Shown here in pieces: positions 17,409 through 26,258 of a stretch of 64,000 nucleotides of DNA (positions within the stretch are counted from its first letter, which is position 1; each line of letters opens with the position of its first letter). Source of the stretch: Candidatus Poribacteria bacterium. Its GTDB lineage: Bacteria; Poribacteria; WGA-4E; WGA-3G. A program made the translations under genes and the position numbers. A model generated the notes under the pieces. That model did not search any database, had not been told where the DNA came from, and saw only the letters and a program-made list of their open reading frames with translations. The stretch lies in NCBI GenBank assembly GCA_963665235.2, contig CAXXLX010000002.1, positions 1 to 64,000 of the forward strand, written 5' to 3'.

Positions 17409-20210
17409 ATGACCAACTCCCGCAAAAAACTCATTGAAACAAATATACCGCTCCAAGCTATTAACATAGAAGCCGCAAAGGATGCATCCCTCACACACGG
17501 ACACCCCTCAACACTGCACCGCTACTGGGCACGCAGACCCCTCGCCGCATGCCGAGCCGTTATCTTCGCTACTATGGTAGATGATCCCGCCGACTGCAAA
17601 GACGAATTCCCTACCGAATCTGAACAGAACGTCGAACGAAACCGACTCCATAGCCTCATGAAACGTCTCGTTATCTGGAAAAATAGCAACGACGAAAATA
17701 TCCTCGCGGAGGCACGGTACGAAATCGCTGTCTCTATCGCACGTAACAACGGCGAAAACGTAAAGGCATTCCGCGAAAGACATAAGCATAATCCGAAGGC
17801 AGTCCTACAATACCTCAACGACCACTGCCCCGCTGTCTACGACCCGTTCTGTGGCGGCGGCTCCATTCCACTTGAGGCACAACGGTTGGGATTACGCGCC
17901 CGCGGCAGTGACCTCAACCCCCTACCCGTCCTTATCACGAAGGCGATGATTGAATTGCCGCCGAAGTTTCACAATTGTCCGCCTATCAATCCCGATGCTG
18001 CGCCGATGGCCAGTAGCAGCCAAACGCGAACGCCCTGGAGAGGCCCTGCTGGTTTAGCAGATGACATTCGCTACTACGGCGCGTGGATGCGTGAGGAGGC
18101 ACACAAACGTATCGGACACCTCTATCCGAAGGTGCAGTTGCCGGGGGGCGGTTCTGCGACTGTGGTGGCGTGGCTCTGGGCACGGACAGTGCCGTGTGCT
18201 AACCCTGCCTGTGGTCTCCAGATGCCTTTAATGAAAACCTTTCAGTTGTCAAAAAAGAGAGGCAATGAACATTGGATTAAACCTGTTGTTGACAGAGGCT
18301 CAAATACGATTTCGTGGGTGGTGCAAACCGATAACGATGGCGTGCCAAAGCCTACCGTAAACCGTAGCGGGGCTCACTGTTTCGCCTGCGGTTCTGCTGT
18401 CAAGTCGGATTATGTTCGTGAGAAAGCACAAGCGGGCAAAATAGGGGAAATAATGACCGCAGTAGTCGCCGAAGGTAATCGTAGAAAACTGTATGTGGCC
18501 CCCACTGAAGCGGATATTGAAGGAGCCCAGTCGGCCAAAGCAACCCGGAGCCTACGGCAAGCAATGCCTAATAACCCTACTCTAGTAAGTGGGCGCGGAT
18601 ATGGAATTACGCATTGGCATCAACTTTTTACCGAGCGACAACTTACCGCATTAACCATTTTCAGCGACCTACTATCAGAGGTTAGGGCCCAGATTACACA
18701 AGATAGTGCGGACGAAAGATATGCCAATGCCGTTTGCACCTACTTATCCCTTGCTATTGGACGAACGGCTGAGAGCAGTTGTAGTTTTACATGGTGGGAA
18801 AATCAAGGAGAGAAGATTCCGCCAGTTTTTACACGCCAAGCAATTCCAATGACATGGGACTTCACTGAAACCAATTTGTTCTCTAGCTCAACACAGAACT
18901 GGCTTGCACAGATAAGGTGGATAGCAAAGGTTATCGAGAATTTACCGTGCTCCGCAAATAGAGGTGAAGTGTATCAAGCAGACGCAACCACCACAAGTCA
19001 TGCTGTCGATGCTCCAGTCATCATCACCGATCCGCCCTACTATGACAATATTGACTATGCAGATTTGTCCGACTTTTTCTATGTTTGGATACGTCCCCTG
19101 CTTCGTGATGTCTACCCCAATCTGTTTGCTGGAATACTGACCCCTAAGGCGGAGGAAATCGTGGCCATTCCGTCACGTTTTGATAATTCACAAAAGCGAT
19201 TTGAAGAATTGCTTGGTAAAGTCTTGCTACGGATACGGCAACACTGCTCTGATAAGTTCCCAACCTCTATCTTCTACGCCTACAGACAACAGGAGAAGGG
19301 ACATGATGGAAAAACTTCCACTGGCTGGGAGACGATGCTAATGGCAATCGTTAATGCTGGTTTTCAAATAGTTGGTACCTGGCCGCTGCGCACCGAGCGG
19401 ACATCCGGGGTCAAAACAAATATAAACGCGCTCGCCTCCTCTATTGTGCTCGTCTGCCGGCCGCGTGATGAGGATGCCCCCATTATAACCCGCAACGAAT
19501 TCCTACAAGTCCTGCGAAAAGAGATGCCCCCCGCCCTCAAAGGACTCACCCGCATCGCAAACATTCGACCAGTAGACTTGGCTCAAGCTGCCATTGGACC
19601 GGGCATGGAGGTCTATTCCCGCTATAGCAAGGTGATGCGTGTCAGTGGCGAAATTGTGCCGATACGGGAAGCACTTATGCATATCAACAACGAAATCGCC
19701 GCGTATCATGAAAAAGAGACCGGCACGCTCGATGCGGAAAGTCAGTTCTGTTTTACATGGCTACAGCAGCACGGCTACATGGCGGGCAATTTCGGGGATG
19801 CTGATGGGCTCTCAAAGGCGAAGGGTGTAGACATCGCCGCGATGCACGAGAGGGTGCTAATTTCGGCACGGGGACAGGTTCGGCTCTTGCGCGCGGAAGA
19901 ATATGCGGAACGTGAAAACAGCGAAGATATGACTGCCTGGGAGGGGTGTCTGCGGATGGTGTGGCATCTGTCCGGTAAGGAGCATAGCGGAGGTATTATG
20001 GGATGTGCTGCGGTTGCACGTGCGATGCGCGCTTATGAATCGGCGAAGCAGCTGGCACAGGTATTATATGCCTATCACGAAACCCGTGGCGATGCGGAAA
20101 GCGCGTCGGTTTACAACAACCTCGTGACGGAGTGGCAATATATCTCCCAAGCAACGGGTAGAAAACAGCCGATAACGCCTTTAATGCCTGAAACCGCACC
20201 GTCTCGGTAG
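17409..20210 (+). CDS. DUF1156-family N6-adenine DNA methyltransferase with Zn ribbon
   Basis: KKLIE, HPSTLHRYWARRPLAACRA, motif I DPFCGGGSIPLEA, CANPAC/CFAC, motif IV TDPPYYD, TGWETML; alternative start TTG 17400. Confidence 0.92.
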   Translation: MTNSRKKLIETNIPLQAINIEAAKDASLTHGHPSTLHRYWARRPLAACRAVIFATMVDDPADCKDEFPTESEQNVERNRLHSLMKRLVIWKNSNDENILAEARYEIAVSIARNNGENVKAFRERHKHNPKAVLQYLNDHCPAVYDPFCGGGSIPLEAQRLGLRARGSDLNPLPVLITKAMIELPPKFHNCPPINPDAAPMASSSQTRTPWRGPAGLADDIRYYGAWMREEAHKRIGHLYPKVQLPGGGSATVVAWLWARTVPCANPACGLQMPLMKTFQLSKKRGNEHWIKPVVDRGSNTISWVVQTDNDGVPKPTVNRSGAHCFACGSAVKSDYVREKAQAGKIGEIMTAVVAEGNRRKLYVAPTEADIEGAQSAKATRSLRQAMPNNPTLVSGRGYGITHWHQLFTERQLTALTIFSDLLSEVRAQITQDSADERYANAVCTYLSLAIGRTAESSCSFTWWENQGEKIPPVFTRQAIPMTWDFTETNLFSSSTQNWLAQIRWIAKVIENLPCSANRGEVYQADATTTSHAVDAPVIITDPPYYDNIDYADLSDFFYVWIRPLLRDVYPNLFAGILTPKAEEIVAIPSRFDNSQKRFEELLGKVLLRIRQHCSDKFPTSIFYAYRQQEKGHDGKTSTGWETMLMAIVNAGFQIVGTWPLRTERTSGVKTNINALASSIVLVCRPRDEDAPIITRNEFLQVLRKEMPPALKGLTRIANIRPVDLAQAAIGPGMEVYSRYSKVMRVSGEIVPIREALMHINNEIAAYHEKETGTLDAESQFCFTWLQQHGYMAGNFGDADGLSKAKGVDIAAMHERVLISARGQVRLLRAEEYAERENSEDMTAWEGCLRMVWHLSGKEHSGGIMGCAAVARAMRAYESAKQLAQVLYAYHETRGDAESASVYNNLVTEWQYISQATGRKQPITPLMPETAPSR

Positions 20211-20235
20211 GAATAAGATAAGGAAACCCGTTGCT

Positions 20236-20604
20236 ATGCGTGAAAACGTCACCCCATACATCTTACAGTATCAACTTAAGCGTAATCTGCGGCCGTTTAC
20301 ACGCGAGGAGCTCCTGAAATTGCCGACAGGTCGGAGCGGTGTGTATGCGTTATGGCGAAAAACCGGCACCGAGGGGCGTAACGAATGCCTCTACGTTGGC
20401 GAATCCACGACATGTGTCCGGCGACGGTTGTTACAACATCACGACGGCACGACAAATCCTGACTTGCAGGCACAACTTCGGCTGTTCCGGGCAATCATCC
20501 TATTTTCGGTAGAGTTCACAGAGGGGGCGGAGGAAACGGTGTTATTGGAAACGGAGCTAATTCGGGCGTGGAAACCCAAAACAAACCGCAATAAACTGGA
20601 GTAA
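20236..20604 (+). CDS. Small GIY-YIG nuclease
   Basis: SGVYAL...LYVGES...RRRLLQH...LETELI...PKTN. Confidence 0.8.
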   Translation: MRENVTPYILQYQLKRNLRPFTREELLKLPTGRSGVYALWRKTGTEGRNECLYVGESTTCVRRRLLQHHDGTTNPDLQAQLRLFRAIILFSVEFTEGAEETVLLETELIRAWKPKTNRNKLE

Positions 20605-20639
20605 ATGTGGCGTTTGTAAATAACGGCACACGGTGTGTT

Positions 20640-21455
20640 TTAAATCGTTACAACTTGTGGAGCTTGTTCTAAAGTCAGATTATGTTCTGCTGCCCATTGT
20701 GCCGCAGCACCGCCACCCCCACCGAGGAACTGCTTACCGAGGTCGTCAACGTTTTGCAGCACATCCTCGTCAGGCTGCTGCTTCTCATCGTAATACAGCA
20801 GATATCCCTCCGGTTTGAGCCAGGCGTAGTGGTATCCGTAGATGATAATCTTAGCAGTTTCATCAGTAAAGTTAAGCCCGCTGGTATGATAAATACGGTT
20901 CTCAAAGAAATATGCGTCTCCCGCGCGGAGGAGCGGTTCAGCGTAGGGTTCGATAGGGTCAATTTTGCCTTCGGGGATACCCAAAGGTTTACCGGACTTA
21001 TGGCTTTTCGGGATAAACAGCGTTGCCCCAGAGTTCGGTACGTTCAGGTCTGTTAGGCAGTAAGCCACCTTTAATCCGACACGAGGACACGCCTTATGCC
21101 CAAGATCGAGATGTAAACCGACATCTCGGTGCCACCCGCGGTTTTCAGGAAGTTCGCGCGGCTGCGGGTGTTTGTAGAGGAGAGCCGTATTGGTAATATG
21201 TATATTCGTCCCGAGCAGTTGAATCACCAACGGAATCGCTTTTGTCTGGGAGGTAAGCTCCGCGAAGGCCGGTTCTTGTACCAAACCATCGCGCTTATGT
21301 ACGTATTGTGCATCGCTTTCCATCGATGCCACGATACGGTCGGCTGCTTCTGTCAACCGTGCTATCATATCAGCGTCAAGCACTGAGCGGACGATGAAAT
21401 ATCCGTTCTCTTCAAATTCCTCACGTTGTATATCTGTCAACTGGACGAATTCCAT
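20640..21455 (-). CDS. Phytanoyl-CoA dioxygenase (PhyH) family Fe(II)/2OG oxygenase
   Basis: FEENGYFIV, WHRD, GATLFIPKSH, AGDAYFFENRIYH. Confidence 0.9.
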   Translation of the reverse strand: MEFVQLTDIQREEFEENGYFIVRSVLDADMIARLTEAADRIVASMESDAQYVHKRDGLVQEPAFAELTSQTKAIPLVIQLLGTNIHITNTALLYKHPQPRELPENRGWHRDVGLHLDLGHKACPRVGLKVAYCLTDLNVPNSGATLFIPKSHKSGKPLGIPEGKIDPIEPYAEPLLRAGDAYFFENRIYHTSGLNFTDETAKIIIYGYHYAWLKPEGYLLYYDEKQQPDEDVLQNVDDLGKQFLGGGGGAAAQWAAEHNLTLEQAPQVVTI

Positions 21456-21472
21456 AATTAAATTCCTTACGG

Positions 21473-21952
21473 TTATTGGGCACTCAGTTGTTGCTTCAAT
21501 ATTTCTATTTCCTGTTTAAGTTCCTCAAATTCTTTCCTGCGCCGATTTTCTATAACCACCCACACGGTCACAGCTATCGCTATAATTGCCAAAGGTAACC
21601 CGATGCAGGCGATGATGATACTGTTCTGCCTGTCAAAATTTCTTTGAACGGATTCAAAACCTTGCTTGACGTTTTCTTTCAGATTTTTGATTTCCGTTTT
21701 CATGACAGCAAAATCTGTTTTCAGGGCAATAAGCTCTGTTTTCATGACAGCAATCTCTGTTTTGATGCCTGCAATCTCTGCTTTCATGTCCGCAATTTCT
21801 GCTTTCATGTCCGCAATCTCTGCTTTCATGCTAGCCATTTCTGTTTTGATACCGGCAATCTCTGCTTTTATTTCGTCATCGGCTATTGACTGCATGCAGA
21901 AAGGTAGGACGAGGACACAAAAAAGTATTGACAAGACTAATAATTTTTTCAT
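21473..21952 (-). CDS. Exported coiled-coil protein with 7-aa repeats and C-terminal TM anchor
   Basis: Signal peptide; (I/M)K(A/T)EIAx heptads encoded by 21-bp repeats; TM IIIACIGLPLAIIAIAVTVWVV. Confidence 0.8.
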   Translation of the reverse strand: MKKLLVLSILFCVLVLPFCMQSIADDEIKAEIAGIKTEMASMKAEIADMKAEIADMKAEIAGIKTEIAVMKTELIALKTDFAVMKTEIKNLKENVKQGFESVQRNFDRQNSIIIACIGLPLAIIAIAVTVWVVIENRRRKEFEELKQEIEILKQQLSAQ

Positions 21953-22283
21953 GGTGTGTTTCTCATTTCCGATTTGGCAAGGATGACCGAAAACGGAACG
22001 ATTTCCCCCCTCTATATACCTCGCCCAAACTTCATCATTCCAATTAGGCGAGGCTGTCCGCAGGAAAGCTTCCCCTAGTAAAGGGAGGCTTTCTCTTTCT
22101 TCTATTAAAATCTAACTAAAACAATTGGGCTTCGCCCGGCTCCGCTTCGGCAAAGATAGGTTGGGATGACCGAAAACGGAACGATTCCCTCCATGTCAAC
22201 CCTTCGGATTTTCTATCAAACAAAAAAGCGTCGGGTTATTTCAACCAACGATTTAAGTATCGGTTGAACCACGGAGTGTTATA

Positions 22284-22312
22284 AGTATATCTCAAATTTG
22301 CATAAATGTCAA
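22284..22312 (-). promoter_or_regulatory. Sigma70 promoter ~330 nt upstream of the 21952 start
   Basis: TTGACA-17bp-(TGAGA)TATACT on the minus strand. Confidence 0.6.
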
Positions 22313-22414
22313 ATTTTTTTCAAAAAAGTTAAGTTGCATACGCTGTGTATGGTCCCTCTATCTATAGACATGCTTACAAAGCACATCTACAGACAGAGAG
22401 CCCATAGATAAACC

Positions 22415-23038
22415 CTATCGTCGTAAAGGCGCGTCCACCACAGCAGGATAAACCTCAAGATCTGAACGCGGGATGAGTACCCCGACATAGAAGATTAGCC
22501 AATCTCCGCAGTGCTCAACAGACATAAGGGCATCGTTATCGCTGGCGTATTCGTGAAGCTCCACCTCAAATTCCTCTTTCCCTTGTGCATTGGTAACAGT
22601 GAGTTTCGCTTCAACGATTTCCTGCCGACTGTATTCAACAGCAACCTCCGTGTTTTCGTCATCCGGGTCCGGATAATAGAGCGTGATTACATCAGGCAGC
22701 GGGTCACCTATTTCCTCTTCACCATCGACAATCCATCGGGAAATTTCATACTCATCCTTCGTACCCGCTATGTGGTCAACCCCGACAACAACCTCCGCCT
22801 CCGCGTCCTGTACGTGATACATGTAACGGAGGAGGCTAGCCCCTTCATACCGCTTTCGCGTGACGAGTCTAAACGCCCGTGAGGTGTCCCCTGTCTCCTC
22901 ATAAGTTGTAATATCGGAGAGCTCAATCATGCTATCGAGCGGTATATCGACTAGTTCATGCCGTAGCGGTTTTTTCGGCGTAGCCTCTTTCCCTTTACCA
23001 AACAAGGATTTTCTATCTTTTCTACCAAATAGTGCCAT
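22415..23038 (-). CDS. Hypothetical acidic beta-rich protein (DUF4178-like)
   Basis: 207-aa ORF with an AGGG RBS, 10 nt downstream of the upstream gene; family assignment by resemblance only. Confidence 0.65.
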   Translation of the reverse strand: MALFGRKDRKSLFGKGKEATPKKPLRHELVDIPLDSMIELSDITTYEETGDTSRAFRLVTRKRYEGASLLRYMYHVQDAEAEVVVGVDHIAGTKDEYEISRWIVDGEEEIGDPLPDVITLYYPDPDDENTEVAVEYSRQEIVEAKLTVTNAQGKEEFEVELHEYASDNDALMSVEHCGDWLIFYVGVLIPRSDLEVYPAVVDAPLRR

Positions 23039-23048
23039 ATTGAATCCC

Positions 23049-24242
23049 CTAGAAATACCCCTTGTTGTACATAACCAGCATAATTACGCCAACAATGAGA
23101 AGACTTCCGAAAATAAGGACGAACCACATCGCGCCTGAGGTTTTCTTCTCTACGATAACCCTTTGCACGACCGGTTTTTCTACGACAACCTGTTGCGTTG
23201 TCGGCGGTGCGCGCGATGTCTCAGTAGTTTCGGATGGCGTTTCAGCAGATGCAAGGAGCTCCTGCTTCAGTGCCTCCTCATCCGGCAGCTCGTCAACGGT
23301 GACAACTTCCACATTTTCTCCGTAGAATTTATCCGGATTTTCCTCTACATAACTTGCAATATAGTCTTCATCACGGTTCGTGCCTGGGTCAACGTAATTC
23401 GGGTTCGGTTCAATGCCTTGACTTTCGTAGTATTCCTTATAATACTCGTACTCCGCCTGTTTTTTGGCATCCCAATGCGACCGGTCATAATCTCGATGGT
23501 GATAATGCCATAGATAGCTACGGCGAATTGCATGGTTATAGTAGTCGTGGAAGTAGATACCGAACATCAGATTATTAAACGTGCTAGCGGCGGCGAGACT
23601 ATATATCGAATAGGTAGTCACGGGATAGTAGCCCCGGTAGTTATTAATATTAATAGTTGAGCGTTGCTCTCTGCGTGCGTTAGCAGTTTGCCGATTTGCC
23701 GTTTTAACTTGACGTTTTAAGGTACGGTTTTCCGCCTTGAGTTGTCGAACCTGTTTCCGGTTTTGTGCCGTAGTTTTGCGCTGTTGACTTCGCGTAGCGG
23801 TATTGCTGCGCGTTGACGTTGTATTCGTCGTCCTTGCCTTGTTCGTTGCAGTCTGCTTCTGACGTGCTGTGCTACTTGCGCGTGTCGTCGGCGTTTTTGA
23901 TGAACGACTACTTCCGTAACTGCTACCTGAACTGCGCGTACTGCGCGACGTTGGAGAGGTCGTAGGACGTGTAGACGTACTACGCGTTGACCTGCTGGTA
24001 CTACTTCGCGAACTGGTACTCCTACTCCGGGTGCTGCTATAAGAACGTTTTGGCGCGCTGTAGCTGCGTCGGCTGGAACTGCGGCTAAAGCTGCGGCTGA
24101 AACTCCTACCGCCAAAACTCCGTCTGCTTTCCGCTAAATCAGGGGCAAGACTAAACAGGAAGATAACAATCATCGCGATTTGTAGTACCCGTTTGCACGC
24201 TGCACCCCAATTTTTTGTGGGTTGCGGAAGTTTATGTTTCAT
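23049..24242 (-). CDS. Hypothetical envelope protein: signal/TM, long S/R/T-rich disordered region, Tyr/His-rich segment, C-terminal TM
   Basis: RRSFGGRSFSRSFSRSSS...; C-terminal AMWFVLIFGSLLIVGVIMLVMY; start placed at ATG 24242. Confidence 0.75.
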   Translation of the reverse strand: MKHKLPQPTKNWGAACKRVLQIAMIVIFLFSLAPDLAESRRSFGGRSFSRSFSRSSSRRSYSAPKRSYSSTRSRSTSSRSSTSRSTRSTSTRPTTSPTSRSTRSSGSSYGSSRSSKTPTTRASSTARQKQTATNKARTTNTTSTRSNTATRSQQRKTTAQNRKQVRQLKAENRTLKRQVKTANRQTANARREQRSTININNYRGYYPVTTYSIYSLAAASTFNNLMFGIYFHDYYNHAIRRSYLWHYHHRDYDRSHWDAKKQAEYEYYKEYYESQGIEPNPNYVDPGTNRDEDYIASYVEENPDKFYGENVEVVTVDELPDEEALKQELLASAETPSETTETSRAPPTTQQVVVEKPVVQRVIVEKKTSGAMWFVLIFGSLLIVGVIMLVMYNKGYF

Positions 24243-24280
24243 GCTAAAATTCCCCCTTAAAGATTTTTCATTAAAAAAAC

Positions 24281-24309
24281 TTGACAAAAGCAATTGAATT
24301 TGTTAAACT
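24281..24309 (+). promoter_or_regulatory. Sigma70 promoter of tRNA-Arg
   Basis: TTGACA-17bp-(TGT)TAAACT. Confidence 0.65.
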
Positions 24310-24337
24310 ATTAAAAGACACTTCAAAATTAATTTAT

Positions 24338-24411
<74 letters not shown>

Positions 24412-24486
24412 TTTATATTTTTATGCCCTTCGTACTATATGATTGATATATTAACATGAATTAGCAATAGATGTCAAGGATATTAA

Positions 24487-24640
24487 AACGCGAGTTTGAA
24501 AAAAAGTTTTGACCTAGGGCGTTGTGTGGTAGTTTTAGCAAAAAACGGCACAAACTAGGAAGTTTATGCTACAATTATACCGCTTTTTTCGCGATGAAAA
24601 AGGTTTAGAGAAAACGGATATTTATTATCAAGCTCACGTT
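24487..24640 (+). mobile_element. MITE family 2 (~154 bp) with one internal REP core
   Basis: TIR AACGCGAGTTTGA/TCAAGCTCACGTT; contains GCACAAACTAGGAAGTTTATGCTAC. Confidence 0.8.
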
Positions 24641-24654
24641 ATTAAAGGAAAAAT

Positions 24655-25539
24655 ATGGCACTTGACGTACGCGACTCACGATTATTAGAATTGGTTGATG
24701 AAACCGCAACTGTTGAACGATTAGCAACAGGATGCCGATTTACCGAGGGACCGCTTTGGAACGTTATCCGGAATTTTCTGATTTTTAGTGATATTCCCGC
24801 AAACACAATCCGAAAATGGGACGCAACATCCGGCATGACCGTTTTCCGCAAACCCTCAGGCAAGTCAAACGGTTTAACCTACGATAAGGGTGGGCACCTC
24901 ATCGCTTGTGAACACGCAAACCGGCGGGTATCTCGAACTACAGCCGATGGGGACGTACTCACAATCGCTTCGCACTATCAAGGCAAACGTTTAAACAGTC
25001 CGAACGATGTTGTTGTGAAATCCGATGGCAGCATCTATTTCACCGACCCGCCGTACGGCTTACGCTCAGCATCCGGGCCTGAATCGGAAAAGGAGCTTGA
25101 TTTTCACGGAGTCTATCGCTTGTCCCCGGACGCAGAAACGTTGACCCTTCTCATCGACGACTTCGATAGACCGAACGGCCTCTGCTTCTCACCGGATGAA
25201 GCTATCCTTTATATAAACGACACCACCCGGATGCATATACGAGCATTTGATGTCCAACCCGATGGCACACTCGCCAATGACCGCATCTTCGCTGAAGAAA
25301 AAGGTGAAAACGGAAAACCGGATGGGATGAAGGTTGACCGTCGGGGGAATGTCTACTTAACCGGACCCAACGGAATTTGGATTTTCGCACCAAATGGAAC
25401 GCACCTTGGAATCATCCGTGTACCTGAACGAACCGCGAATCTCGCCTGGGGCGGTGAGCAGTGGAAAAGTCTTTTTATCACCGCCAGCACATCTCTCTAT
25501 CGGGTGGAATGCAAAATAGCCGGAGTAGCAGTACCGTAA
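24655..25539 (+). CDS. SMP-30/gluconolactonase/LRE family protein
   Basis: FTEGPLW, SNGL, RLNSPNDVVV, FTDPPYG, PNGLCFSPD, PDGMKVD. Confidence 0.92.
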   Translation: MALDVRDSRLLELVDETATVERLATGCRFTEGPLWNVIRNFLIFSDIPANTIRKWDATSGMTVFRKPSGKSNGLTYDKGGHLIACEHANRRVSRTTADGDVLTIASHYQGKRLNSPNDVVVKSDGSIYFTDPPYGLRSASGPESEKELDFHGVYRLSPDAETLTLLIDDFDRPNGLCFSPDEAILYINDTTRMHIRAFDVQPDGTLANDRIFAEEKGENGKPDGMKVDRRGNVYLTGPNGIWIFAPNGTHLGIIRVPERTANLAWGGEQWKSLFITASTSLYRVECKIAGVAVP

Positions 25540-25970
25540 TGCAAGTGAAAATCAAACGCGTAGATAAAACGCTTCCGTTGCCAAAATATGAAACCGCCGG
25601 TTCTGTAGGGTTTGACCTACTTTGTCGGGAATCGGCGGAAATTGCACCGCACACCATTGTCCTTATACCGGCGAACGTTATCGTGGAAACGCCACCCGGC
25701 TATATGCTTATGGTATGCTTGCGGAGCAGCACACCACGAAAACTAGGATTACTCATGCCGCAAGGCTTAGGCATCGTTGATAACGATTACTGCGGTGAGG
25801 CAGACGAACTAAAAATTCAGGTCTACAATTTCACAGAGGCCCCGGTCACCATAGAGAGAGGCAGTCGAATTGCACAAGCCGTTTTTGTCCGCGTCGACAC
25901 GGCTGAATGGCATGAGACCGAAATTATGACAGCACCGTCTCGAGGCGGGTTTGGCAGCACCGACCGGTAG
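25539..25970 (+). CDS. dut: Trimeric dUTP diphosphatase
   Basis: GSVGFDL, RSST, GIVDNDYCGE, RIAQ, RGGFGST; ATG overlaps the upstream TAA. Confidence 0.9.
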   Translation: MQVKIKRVDKTLPLPKYETAGSVGFDLLCRESAEIAPHTIVLIPANVIVETPPGYMLMVCLRSSTPRKLGLLMPQGLGIVDNDYCGEADELKIQVYNFTEAPVTIERGSRIAQAVFVRVDTAEWHETEIMTAPSRGGFGSTDR

Positions 25971-26009
25971 TCTACCCTGGCTATCGTAAATATGTAGCGC
26001 AGCTTGAAT

Positions 26010-26163
26010 AACCTAAGTTGCCACATAGTAGCATAATCTTCCAGATTGTGCATATTTGTGTGCAAATTGGAAGTGAACGGGACAAATATTAGCTAATTAT
26101 CAGCATATTTTCATTAAAGACGGTGTTTCTAGGTCTAAAAACTTATAAGTAGCAACTTGGGTT
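26010..26163. mobile_element. MITE family 3
   Basis: TIR AACCTAAGTTGCCAC/GTAGCAACTTGGGTT; internal GTAGCATAATCTTCCAGATTGTGC. Confidence 0.7.
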
Positions 26164-26258
26164 TGAATACAGAGAAACCCGACAAACTAAACATTTAAAC
26201 TGGACAAAGCACTAGCACTTTACCTGTGATATGACTGACTATAGGAGGCATATTAGGA

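Noticed and set aside
21981-22189. glnA (glutamine) riboswitch or hammerhead ribozyme assignment for the duplicated motif
   Set aside because: Shares only AAUCGUU; lacks the GGAAGUA/GAAxxAACG elements and the CUGAUGA...GAAA core
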